From assembly GCA_046350035.1 (NCBI GenBank), contig JAXMBD010000014.1, positions 53,077 to 117,076 on the forward strand: a stretch of DNA of 64,000 bases, given 5' to 3'. Of the stretch, positions 18,089 through 27,049 are shown piece by piece. Source of the DNA: Isosphaeraceae bacterium (lineage in GTDB: Bacteria; Planctomycetota; Planctomycetia; Isosphaerales; Isosphaeraceae). Position numbers and translations under genes: made by a program. The notes below the pieces were generated by a model. It was not told where the DNA came from. It saw nothing but the letters and a program-made list of their open reading frames with translations, and ran no database searches. The stretch's first letter is position 1; each line of letters opens with the position of its first letter.

Positions 18089-19855
18089 CTACGAGATCGG
18101 ACGGCCCCGCCGGGCGTTCTGGGCCAGCTTGGCCCGACCTCGCCCGGCCGACGCCCTCCAGAGCAGCTTCCAGGTGAAATCATTGCGGAAGAGGCCTGGG
18201 TCGTAAAGCCGGAGGAACCGGAGTTCATCGCCTCGGAGCTTCCCGGGCGCCTCGGCCAGGCTGATCCGCAGTCGCGTCAGGTTCTGGACCCGCCGGGCCA
18301 TCGCCATCGCCCGGTGGAGCCGGGCACCCACCAGGTCGATTAGGTAGAGCCGGCCCGCCCCCCCTTCCCGGCCGTCCGACCCCTCGATCAGGATGTTGGC
18401 CGATTTCAGGTCCCGGTGCGATAGCGACCGGCCGTGCAAGTCCGCGATCAACTGGGCCAGCCGGTAGAGTAGCGGAGTGATGAGGCGGCGGCGTTCCTGG
18501 GAGCTCGCCCGCTCGACGTGCGTCAGCAGGTAATCCTGCAACGTCACCGAAGGCTCGACCTTCTTCGTGACCAAATAGGTCTCGGAGTGGAGCCAACGCA
18601 AGGGCCTGGGCAGCCAGTCCGGCCCCCGACGAACCAGATAGGCCAGGTTCGCTGGGGTCGATACGGCGCGGCTGGCCAGGTGCTGGCCGGCGACCCAGGA
18701 AGCCCAACCCCTCGAAGGCCGGAAGAGGCTCAGGAGCGGGTCGAACCAGCGTCGGACGTTGAACCGCTTATAAATCAATGGCCCTTTGGACAGGCCGTCC
18801 AGGGTCACCTCGGCGACGAAGGTCGTCCTCGAATCCTTGAGGATCCGGGCCCCGGGCGCCTCCAAGGGGCGATCCGGATCCTCCAACAGGGCGAGGATCG
18901 GGTCGACATCGCCCCGGGCGCGGACGCCGATCGCCCAGACCATCGGCGAACTTCGGATCTGGAAATACTTGTTGTTGCCGCGATTCCGGCGGCCCCAGCG
19001 CCTCCAGAGCCGATCGGCCCATGCCCGGGTTTTGCGATCGATCCGGGCGATGAGCAGTCGAGGCCAGGGGTGGGGGTCGGATCGTGCCCGAAGGTAGGCG
19101 AGGAACGCCCGATAGCGATCGGTTCGGCTGGCGCGGAAGCCGAAGTAGTGGTCGAGCAGGGCCAGATTATCCATCGATTCCGACCAGCCTAATCCCGGCC
19201 GATAACGGACAGCGTCCAGGTCGATCAGGTAAAGTCTCGGTCGGTCGTCGGCAGCAAATCGGACCAGAAAGTTGCCCGGGTGGAGATCCAGGTGAACGAA
19301 GCCGGCCTCGTGGAGCTGGGCCGTGAGCTTCCCGAGCTCGATCGCCAGGGCGCGACGAAGCCGGCCCCTTGAGGGCTCCTCGCGATCCGGCAGGTCCTGT
19401 TCGTAGACCTCCTGGAGCGACCTGGAACCGTCGAGGCCGAGGGTGATCAGGTAGTTCTCGAGCAGGAAGCCCCACCGCCGGCGCTCGCCGATGGCCAGGG
19501 GCCGGATCGTGGGGATGCCCAGCCGGGCCAGTTCCAGCGCGTGCAGGCACTCGTTGCGCCCCTTGCCCCGGCGGAACCACTGGCGGAGCTTCGTCCGCAG
19601 GTCCGGGACGAGGAAATGCTTGATGTAAACCGTGCCGCGATCCAGGTCGACCCGATAGACCACCCGGAAGGGGCTGCTCTTGACGACGTGGAGCCTGCCC
19701 TCGGACTTCCAGCGGTCGATCCGGAAGCCCTGGTCGTCGGCAAAGGCGTCCCTCCAGCCCGGGTCGACCTTCCACGACTTGGGGCCCGCCCGGAAGGCGG
19801 GCCAGTCGCGGAACGGCGGGTTGGTTGCCGGATCGAACTCCGTATGTCCCCGCAC
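18089..19855 (-). CDS. tandem Kdo/WaaP-family (lipopolysaccharide-kinase-like) protein kinase-fold protein
   Basis: Two kinase-like cores, 'LHEAGFVHLDLHPGNFLV...LYLIDLDAV' and 'LHGRSLSHRDLKSANILI...LYLIDLVGA'. GTG at 19855 is preceded by GGAGGGGG, 17 nt after the upstream kinase stop. The upstream part of ORF 18089..20320 is R/G/P junk overlapping the previous gene. Confidence 0.75.
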   Translation of the reverse strand: MRGHTEFDPATNPPFRDWPAFRAGPKSWKVDPGWRDAFADDQGFRIDRWKSEGRLHVVKSSPFRVVYRVDLDRGTVYIKHFLVPDLRTKLRQWFRRGKGRNECLHALELARLGIPTIRPLAIGERRRWGFLLENYLITLGLDGSRSLQEVYEQDLPDREEPSRGRLRRALAIELGKLTAQLHEAGFVHLDLHPGNFLVRFAADDRPRLYLIDLDAVRYRPGLGWSESMDNLALLDHYFGFRASRTDRYRAFLAYLRARSDPHPWPRLLIARIDRKTRAWADRLWRRWGRRNRGNNKYFQIRSSPMVWAIGVRARGDVDPILALLEDPDRPLEAPGARILKDSRTTFVAEVTLDGLSKGPLIYKRFNVRRWFDPLLSLFRPSRGWASWVAGQHLASRAVSTPANLAYLVRRGPDWLPRPLRWLHSETYLVTKKVEPSVTLQDYLLTHVERASSQERRRLITPLLYRLAQLIADLHGRSLSHRDLKSANILIEGSDGREGGAGRLYLIDLVGARLHRAMAMARRVQNLTRLRISLAEAPGKLRGDELRFLRLYDPGLFRNDFTWKLLWRASAGRGRAKLAQNARRGRPIS

Positions 19856-19872
19856 GCGAATCGTCCCCCTCC

Positions 19873-21462
19873 TCAAGCCCTCGGGAAGGCCTCGCCCAGG
19901 GCGCCCATGAGCTGGTCGAAATCGACCGGCTTGGTCAAGTGCCGGGCGAAGCCGGCGTCCCTGGCGAGCTGCCGGTCCCTGTCCTGCCCGTAGCCGGTCA
20001 GGGCGATGAGCGTCGGGGGAGGGCCGTCGGAGTCCCGGCCGATCAACCGCGCCACCTGATAGCCATCCATGCCTGGGAGTCCGATGTCGAGCAGGACGAC
20101 TTTCGGTCGGGCCGACCGGGCCAGGCCCACCGCCGACGGACCATCGAACGCGATGGCGACCTCGTAGCCGCTCAATTCCAGCAACCGTGCCATGCCACGT
20201 GCGGTGTCCACGTTGTCGTCCACCACCAGGATTTTTCTGGGGCCCTGGGCGCGGTCGGCGCCAGGCCGTTCGGGCGCGGCCGTCGCCTCGGTCGTAGGCG
20301 GGGCCACCGCGGGCAACCATACGGTGAACTTGCTGCCGAGGCCGAGGCCTTCGCTCTCGGCCGCGACGCGGCCGCCGTGCATTTCCACCAGCCGCTTCAC
20401 CAGCGTCAGGCCGATACCCAGCCCCCCCTCCGAGCGGGCGAGCGACCGGTCACCCTGGACGAACAGGCCGAAGAGGTTGGCCACCTGCTCCGGGGGGATG
20501 CCGATCCCGTGATCCTCCACTTCGAACCGCAACTGGCCGTCCGCGACGCGTGTCGAAAGCCGGATCCGCCCCCCGTCGTCGGAATACTTCGCGGCGTTCG
20601 TGAGCAGGTTCACCGCCACCTGCTCCAGGCGAGTGGGATCGACGTCGAGGTGGGCCCCGGAGTGGCCGTAATCGAGCTCGAGGCGATGCCGGCGTTCCTG
20701 CACGAGCGGCCCGATCGAGGCCACCGCCCGCTCAAACACCGGGGTCGGGTCGATGACCTGGCGGCGGACCTGGATCTTGCCGTGCATGATCCGCGAGACG
20801 TCGAGCAGGTCGTCGATCAGGCGGCCGAAGGTCTTCGTCTGATTCTCGATGACCTGCCTGGCCCACTCCTGGTTCTCTCGCAGGGGGCTCCGTTTCCATA
20901 CCTCGATGGCGCCCGACACGGCCGAGAGCGGGTTCCGCAACTCGTGGGCGAGCATGGCAAGGAATTCGTCCTTGAGCCGGTCGGCCTCCTGGAGTGCCCG
21001 GGCATATCGGCGGCTCTCCTCGAGCAGGCGGGCGTTCTCGCAGAGGGCCTGCTTCAACTCCTCGCGATGGCGGGCCAGTTCGAAGAAGACCTGGGCCTTG
21101 CTGCGGAGGATGTCGGGCTCGATCGGCTTGCCCAGGAAATCGACGGCGCCGGCCTCGTAGCCCCGGAACCGACGCTTCTGGTCGGCATTGCCGGCGGTCA
21201 GGAAGATGATCGGCACGCGGCGAGTCCGCTCGGTGCCGCGCATCAGCTCGGCCAGCTCGAAGCCGTTCATCTCCGGCATCTGCACGTCGATCAGGGACAG
21301 GGCGACTTCATGCTCCAGGAGCAGTTCCAGAGCTTCGGGTCCGGACCTCGCCCTGAGGAGGGACAGGCCGTCTCTGCGGAGTAGCGCCTCCAGCGACAGG
21401 AGGTTCTCCTCGAGGTCGTCAACGAGCAGGAAGTGGATCGGTTCGGGCGGCTTCGTGGTCAT
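19873..21462 (-). CDS. hybrid histidine kinase, REC-HisKA-HATPase-REC
   Basis: 'HFLLVDDLEENLLSL...DVQMPEMNG', H-box 'FLAMLAHELRNPL', 'GGLGIGLTLVKRLVEMHGG', second REC 'KILVVDDNVDTARGM...DIGLPGMDG'. Confidence 0.9.
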   Translation of the reverse strand: MTTKPPEPIHFLLVDDLEENLLSLEALLRRDGLSLLRARSGPEALELLLEHEVALSLIDVQMPEMNGFELAELMRGTERTRRVPIIFLTAGNADQKRRFRGYEAGAVDFLGKPIEPDILRSKAQVFFELARHREELKQALCENARLLEESRRYARALQEADRLKDEFLAMLAHELRNPLSAVSGAIEVWKRSPLRENQEWARQVIENQTKTFGRLIDDLLDVSRIMHGKIQVRRQVIDPTPVFERAVASIGPLVQERRHRLELDYGHSGAHLDVDPTRLEQVAVNLLTNAAKYSDDGGRIRLSTRVADGQLRFEVEDHGIGIPPEQVANLFGLFVQGDRSLARSEGGLGIGLTLVKRLVEMHGGRVAAESEGLGLGSKFTVWLPAVAPPTTEATAAPERPGADRAQGPRKILVVDDNVDTARGMARLLELSGYEVAIAFDGPSAVGLARSARPKVVLLDIGLPGMDGYQVARLIGRDSDGPPPTLIALTGYGQDRDRQLARDAGFARHLTKPVDFDQLMGALGEAFPRA

Positions 21463-22037
21463 GACTCTGTCACGATAGCAAGAAGGTAATCGGCAATCTC
21501 CCCGAGTTCCAACGACCGAGCCCCGGGGCAGGCGTCGAGGGCGGCCGTTGGCATGGCCGGCGACAAGGCCTTGTCGGGTCGCTGAACCAGAGCGGTACCC
21601 CCGCGATCGACGATGGCCTTCAGCCCGCGCGCCCCGTCGCTGTTAGCCCCGGTGAGGACGATCCCGACGAGCCCCACCCCGTAAGCCTCGGCGGCCGTCT
21701 CGAGAAGGACGTCGATCGATGGCCGGGAAAACAGGACCGGCTCGTCGGCGGACAGGGAGAGGCGGCGATCGGGCTCGACGAGGAGGTGGTAATCGGGCGG
21801 TGCCAGGTACACGGTGGCCGGCTCGATCGGCTCCTTATCCTGGGCCTCCCGGACCGACACACGGCACTTCCTCCGCAGGAGATCGGCCAGGAAACTCTCC
21901 TTGTCGGCCGGGATGTGGACCACCACGAAAACCGGCAGGGGATAGTCGGCAGGCAGGCTGGGGAGGATCGCCGACAGGGCTTCGAACGCCCCGGCCGACG
22001 CGCCGATCGCGACCGCCTCCGTGGTGGAGAGGGTCAT
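21459..22037 (-). CDS. cheB: CheB-type protein-glutamate methylesterase, catalytic domain only
   Basis: 'AIGASAGAFEAL', 'VFVVVHIP', 'VLTGANSDGARG'. 192 aa, with no N-terminal REC domain. ATGA overlaps at both ends. Confidence 0.88.
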   Translation of the reverse strand: MTLSTTEAVAIGASAGAFEALSAILPSLPADYPLPVFVVVHIPADKESFLADLLRRKCRVSVREAQDKEPIEPATVYLAPPDYHLLVEPDRRLSLSADEPVLFSRPSIDVLLETAAEAYGVGLVGIVLTGANSDGARGLKAIVDRGGTALVQRPDKALSPAMPTAALDACPGARSLELGEIADYLLAIVTES

Positions 22038-22861
22038 CGGTCCCCCCGCCTCTGATAGATCCGGTGCTCCGGCGAGAACTCGGCGAAATTCGCGGAATGC
22101 GCCGAGAAGCGGAGCGACTCCTTGGCGCCCAGGCCCAGGAAACCCTTACGCGACAACGAGTCCCGGAACAGGCCGATGGCCCGATCCTGGAGTTCCCGGT
22201 CGAAGTAGATCAGGACATTCCGGCAGGAGATGAACTGGACCTCGGCGAAGACCTGGTCGGTGACGAGGCTGTGGTCGGAGAACACCACGCGGGATCGGAG
22301 GCTCCGGTCGAAAACGGCCGAGCCGTAGGCAGCGGTGTAGTAGTCGGAGAGGGACGACCGGCCTCCCGACTTCCGGTGGTTCTCGGTGAACAGGGCCAGT
22401 CGCCCTATGTCGTAGACGCCGGCCTCGGCCTTCACCAGGGCTTCGGGGCTGATATCGGTCCCGTACAGGATCGTACGCTCCTCGAGGCCCTCCTCGCGGA
22501 GCAGGATCGCCCACGAATAGACTTCCTCGCCGGCGCCACAACCGGCGACCCAGATTTTCAAGGAAGGGTAAGTCTTTAGGTGCGGCACCACTTCCTGGCG
22601 GATTGCCCGGAAATAGCCCGGGTCGCGGAAGAGTTCGCTAACCTGCACCGTCATGTAGGACAGCAGCACGGGGAAGGCCGTGGGGTCGTGTAGGGCCCGA
22701 TCCTGGACCTGCGAGAACGAGGCGCAGCCGAGTCGCTCTCGGGCCTGCAAGAGCCGCCGTCGGAGCGAGGCGACCGAGTAGCCCCTGAAGTCATAGTGGA
22801 ACTTCCGGTAGATCGCCTCCAGCAGCAGCTTGAACTCGATCTCCTCGGCGCGGTTCACCAC
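22034..22861 (-). CDS. cheR: CheR-type protein-glutamate O-methyltransferase
   Basis: 'FKLLLEAIYRKFHYDFRGYS', 'ELFRDPGYF', SAM motif 'KIWVAGCGAGEEVYS', 'FISCRNVLIYF'. GTG at 22861 follows GGAGG by 5 nt. Confidence 0.88.
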   Translation of the reverse strand: MVNRAEEIEFKLLLEAIYRKFHYDFRGYSVASLRRRLLQARERLGCASFSQVQDRALHDPTAFPVLLSYMTVQVSELFRDPGYFRAIRQEVVPHLKTYPSLKIWVAGCGAGEEVYSWAILLREEGLEERTILYGTDISPEALVKAEAGVYDIGRLALFTENHRKSGGRSSLSDYYTAAYGSAVFDRSLRSRVVFSDHSLVTDQVFAEVQFISCRNVLIYFDRELQDRAIGLFRDSLSRKGFLGLGAKESLRFSAHSANFAEFSPEHRIYQRRGDR

Positions 22862-22890
22862 GGGATCCTCCGGGATCGCTCCACCTTTCC

Positions 22891-25800
22891 TCACCTCGGC
22901 ATCCAGACGCGGACGAGCGAGAGAAGCTTCTCGACGTCCAGGGGCTTGGCCATATAGTCGTTGGCGCCGGCGTCGAGGCATTGCTCCTGGTCATCCCGCA
23001 TCGCCTTCGCGGTGAGCATCAGGATCGGCAGCTTCTTCCACGCGGGGCGGCTGCGGATGGCTCGGGTGGCCGCAAGGCCGTCCATCTCGGGCATCATGAC
23101 GTCCATCAGCACCAGATCGATCCGCTTGGCGGGGTCATCCCCGGCTTGTTCCAGGGCCTCGATCGCTTCCTTACCATTGCGGGCGATCCGGACGGATGCC
23201 CCGCGGGGCTCCAGGAGGCTCGTCAGTGCGAACACGTTCCGCACGTCGTCCTCGACGACGAGGATCCGCTTGCCTTCGAGCGCCGCATCCCGGCTCCGGG
23301 CAACCTCGAGCATCTTCTGATGCTCGGGTGGCAACTCCGAGACGACCTGATGGAGGAAGAGCGTCACCTCGTCAAGCAGGCGCTCGGGCGACTTGGCGCC
23401 CTTGATGATGATCGATCGGGAATGGCGGCGGAGTCGCTGCTCCTCTTCGGCGGACAGCTCCCGGCCGGTGTACACGATGGCCGGCGGGAAGGAATAGGCG
23501 TCCTCTCGGCTGAGCGTCTCCAGGAGCGTGTAGCCGGATGCGTCGGGCAGCGACAGGTCGAGCACCATGCAGTCGAATGTCTCGGAGCTAAGCCGCTCCA
23601 GGCACTCGGCGGCCGTACCCGCCCCGATGGTCTCGACAGCGAGCGAACCGAGCAGGATCCGCAGGCTCTCGAGCTGGAGGGGATCATCTTCGACGACCAG
23701 TATCCGGCGCATCCTCCGGGCCCATCGCTTCTCCAAACCGCCGATGGCCCGGGCCAGATCGTCGCGTTTCACCGGCTTGAGCAGGTAACCGACGGCGCCC
23801 AGCGACAGGGCCATCCCGGCGTGGTCGCTGGCCGAGACGACGTGGACGGGGATATGCCGTGTCCGGGCGTCCTGCTTGAGTCGATCGAGGACCGACAGGC
23901 CCGATTCGTCGGGCAGTCCGATGTCGAGCACGATGGCGCTGGGGAGATGGCGGATCGCCATCCCCAGCCCCTCTTGCGCGGTCGAGGCGACCAGGCACTG
24001 CAGATGTTGTTCGCGCGCCATGTCGTAGAGGATCCGTGCGAACTCCGGATCGTCCTCCACGACGAGGATTGCATGGGCGTCCCCGCGGAGTTTATCGCGG
24101 TCATCCTCGAAGAATCTCGGCCGGGTCGTCGCGGGGAGGGGCGGCGTCGGCGAGGGGGGCGGCTCGGCGGCCTGGGCCGGTGCGGCCATCTTGGCTTCGT
24201 CACGGGCTCGCACGAGGACCGGGTCGTATGCCTCCGGGATAGTGAGCGTGAAGATGCTGCCGCGGCCCGGTTCGCTTTCCAATCCGATCGAGCCGCCCAG
24301 CAACCTCGCCAGCTCGCGCGAGATCGACAGGCCGAGCCCGGTGCCCCCGTATTTCCGGCTCGTCGTCCCGTCGGCCTGGTGGAATGCCTCGAAGATGGCC
24401 TCCTGCTGATCGACGGCAATCCCGATCCCGCTATCCTGCACCGCGAACGCGACCCTACCGTCGTCGGCGCGTCGGACCTCGGTGACTACCCCCCCGCGTT
24501 CGGTGAACTTGATCGCGTTCGAGAGCAAATTCTTGAGGATCTGTTCGAGCCGCTGGCGATCGGTCTCGATCCGCTCGGGGCAACCGGGGGCGATCCCGGT
24601 CGAGAACGCAAGCCCTTTCTGGCTTGCGACCTGATCAAACGTCCGCGACAAGTCCTGAAGGAAGTCGACGATCCGCACCGGCTCCGCGCGGACCTCCATC
24701 CGGCCGGCCTCGATCTTCGACAGGTCGAGGATGTCGTTGATCAGGTTCAGCAGGTCGTTTCCCGACGACTGGATCGCCCTCGCGAACCTGACCTGCTCAT
24801 CCGTCAGGTTCCCCTGCGGATTGTCCGCGAGGAGCTTGGCCAGGATCAGCGACGAGTTGAGCGGCGTCCGCAACTCGTGCGACATGTTGGCCAGGAAATC
24901 GCTCTTGTACCGGCTGGCCTGCTCGAGTTCGCGGGCCTTGAGTTCCAGCGAGGCTTGCGAACGGCCGAGGTCGTCCCGCTGCCTGGCGAGGAGGTTCGCG
25001 TGTTCCTCCAGCTGGAAATTGCTCTGCTCCAATTCGACCTGTTGAAGCTCCAGCCTGGACTGCGACTCCTTCAGAATACGCCCCTGTTCCTCGAGTTCCT
25101 CGTTCGAGACCCGCAGTTCTTCCCCTTGAGCCTGGAGTTCTTCGGCCTGCCGTTGCGTCTCCTCCAGCAGTCCCTGGAGTGCAACCCGATTCTTGGCGGC
25201 CTTCACGGCCCGGGCGATGAAGTCCGAGGTCGAAGCTAGCAACCGTTCGGTCAGGTCGGCGCCCTTCTTGAGGTGGCCCAACTCAAGGATTCCCATCACC
25301 TCCCCATCAACCGACAGGGGGGCAACCACGAGATGGCCTGGCGCGGCGCGTCCGAGCCCCGAGCCGATCGTCAGGTAATCGGCCGGGGGGTCGGACAGTA
25401 CGAACGTGCGGAGATCCTTCGCCGCCTGCCAGAGCAGGCCGTCGCCATCCCGGATGCGCGTGGGGACGGTCCCGTTGGAAGGAACTCCATAGGTGGCCGC
25501 TCTCTCAAACCCGCTGCCCGCCTCGACGAAGAAGGCCCCCGCATGCGCATCGAGGTATTCGGCGAGGAACTTCAGGACGTTGTCGCCGACCTGCCCCGGT
25601 GACTGGTCGCCGGCCAGGGCGGTACTCAGCCCCACGGCCCCCGTTTGGAGCCACTCGCGTTGCCGCTGGGACAAGGCCGAACGCCTCGCGAAGTATCCGT
25701 TGACCCCGGCCAGGGTCACGCCGAGCAGGGTGGTCAGGGCGGCGCTCCCGACCGCAACCCGGAAAGCCGTCGACATTTCCGCCAGGCTGTCGGCCCGCCG

Positions 25801-26328
25801 CCGCAATTCCAAATCCTCAATCTCGCGGACGCGGAGCCGAATGGCGTCCATCGCCTCCTTACCGCGATCGGTCAAGACCAGGGACCGAGCAGCCTCGAAG
25901 CCTTCTGCCCGCCGGACCCCGATGGTATCCGCCAGTTCCGCGAGCTTGACGTCCACAAACTCCCTCAGCTGGAGCACACGCTCGCTGGCGATCGGCGAAT
26001 CCTGCACGAGCGTCGCTAACTCGTCGAGGCGGGAATCGATGCGGGCCAGGGAAAGATGATAAGTTCCGAGATAGCGGTCCTCGCCAGTGATGAGGAACCC
26101 CCGCTGGCCGGTCTCGGCGTCTTTCAGCGTCGACAGGAACTCATCGACCTTGGCGAGCGTGTCGTGTGTACGGGTGGCCTGCCCCACGTCGTAGAGGATC
26201 TTGCGCAAATTCACGTACGAAATCAGGCCGCTTACGAGGAAGAACACCAGCAGGGCGACGAACCCCAAAGTGAGCGAGGCAGGCAGGTCGGCCGCCGGGG
26301 ATCCGCGACCCGCGTTCGAATCCGGCAT
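22891..26328 (-). CDS. CHASE3-TM-GAF-coiled coil-HisKA-HATPase-3xREC hybrid sensor kinase
   Basis: CHASE3-like 'LKDAETGQRGFLITGEDRYLGTY', TM 'AALTTLLGVTLAGVNGYF', H-box '[13 protein letters not shown]', '[14 protein letters not shown]'. Three REC domains ('ILVVEDDPEFARIL', 'ILVVEDDPLQLESL', 'ILVVEDDVRNVFAL'). Confidence 0.9.
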   Translation of the reverse strand: MPDSNAGRGSPAADLPASLTLGFVALLVFFLVSGLISYVNLRKILYDVGQATRTHDTLAKVDEFLSTLKDAETGQRGFLITGEDRYLGTYHLSLARIDSRLDELATLVQDSPIASERVLQLREFVDVKLAELADTIGVRRAEGFEAARSLVLTDRGKEAMDAIRLRVREIEDLELRRRADSLAEMSTAFRVAVGSAALTTLLGVTLAGVNGYFARRSALSQRQREWLQTGAVGLSTALAGDQSPGQVGDNVLKFLAEYLDAHAGAFFVEAGSGFERAATYGVPSNGTVPTRIRDGDGLLWQAAKDLRTFVLSDPPADYLTIGSGLGRAAPGHLVVAPLSVDGEVMGILELGHLKKGADLTERLLASTSDFIARAVKAAKNRVALQGLLEETQRQAEELQAQGEELRVSNEELEEQGRILKESQSRLELQQVELEQSNFQLEEHANLLARQRDDLGRSQASLELKARELEQASRYKSDFLANMSHELRTPLNSSLILAKLLADNPQGNLTDEQVRFARAIQSSGNDLLNLINDILDLSKIEAGRMEVRAEPVRIVDFLQDLSRTFDQVASQKGLAFSTGIAPGCPERIETDRQRLEQILKNLLSNAIKFTERGGVVTEVRRADDGRVAFAVQDSGIGIAVDQQEAIFEAFHQADGTTSRKYGGTGLGLSISRELARLLGGSIGLESEPGRGSIFTLTIPEAYDPVLVRARDEAKMAAPAQAAEPPPSPTPPLPATTRPRFFEDDRDKLRGDAHAILVVEDDPEFARILYDMAREQHLQCLVASTAQEGLGMAIRHLPSAIVLDIGLPDESGLSVLDRLKQDARTRHIPVHVVSASDHAGMALSLGAVGYLLKPVKRDDLARAIGGLEKRWARRMRRILVVEDDPLQLESLRILLGSLAVETIGAGTAAECLERLSSETFDCMVLDLSLPDASGYTLLETLSREDAYSFPPAIVYTGRELSAEEEQRLRRHSRSIIIKGAKSPERLLDEVTLFLHQVVSELPPEHQKMLEVARSRDAALEGKRILVVEDDVRNVFALTSLLEPRGASVRIARNGKEAIEALEQAGDDPAKRIDLVLMDVMMPEMDGLAATRAIRSRPAWKKLPILMLTAKAMRDDQEQCLDAGANDYMAKPLDVEKLLSLVRVWMPR

Positions 26329-26715
26329 GGAGGTTGCCCGAGGAAAGAATATCGACGACGCCCGGCAGGACCGACCAGCTCCCCGGTCTCAACAGCCCAT
26401 GTCGTCGGGTGGGATGGGTTCAGGAATAGGCCATCCGACCGACCCGAAGGTAACGACCCTATCCCCTCGCCACAAGGAAAAGTCGCGACCGACCTAGCCC
26501 GCGAATCCGAAGCATCGGCCACCGCAAGTTGGGTGGGTCGATGACCCGACGAATTGACTAGCACATCTCGCGCCACGAGCTGACAATCTCGACGATCACG
26601 CGGGAAGCTTGTACCCTAAAAACTGTCGAACCAAGCTTTTACTGAGCCTTGCAGCAAGATCTGATCCCTTAGATCGGCAGACTAAGCATCCGGCCGCGGT
26701 TTTCCCGGACTTTCC

Positions 26716-26910
26716 GCCCCGGAGGAGCGGCGGTGGATAGCCCGGGGCGCCAGCCCCGGGAAACGGCCAACCCCACCTAAAGGGCCCCGGCACGGCGCCG
26801 GAAATCCCTGGAAACCAGGGATTTCCGACGCCGTGCCGGGGCCTGTTCGTTGGGGTTGGCCGTTTCCCGGGGCTGGCGCCCCGGGCTATTCACGGTCGCC
26901 CCTCCGGGGC
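26716..26910. repeat. 195-bp near-perfect palindrome (two 96-nt arms, 3-nt loop)
   Basis: Arms 26716-26811 and 26815-26910, paired base by base by hand: 85 Watson-Crick pairs, 3 G:T wobbles and 8 true mismatches out of 96. Mirror ORFs on both strands give 'MPGP[FV]RWGWPFPGAGAPGY'. Confidence 0.9.
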
Positions 26911-27049
26911 TTTATAACCGAGAATCATGCAACAACCGTGTCCGCCCGCTTAGACTCCTCGAAGAACGAGTGTACGAGTCGTGGCTTCTGGCGAAGGCGA
27001 CCGAGAGCCGGGTGGAATTCCGGATGCAACTGATCCAGGTCCAGTCAGA

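Noticed and set aside
22981-25239. 752-aa plus-strand ORF antisense to the CHASE3 kinase
   Set aside because: No motifs and an R/L/G/D/E-biased composition. The opposite strand encodes HisKA, HATPase and REC signatures throughout.
26314-26323. GTTCGAATCC, a perfect tRNA T-loop-like decamer
   Set aside because: The flanks do not form a T-stem ('cccgcg' vs 'ggcatg'), and no acceptor or anticodon arms can be drawn. It lies in the first codons of the CHASE3 kinase.
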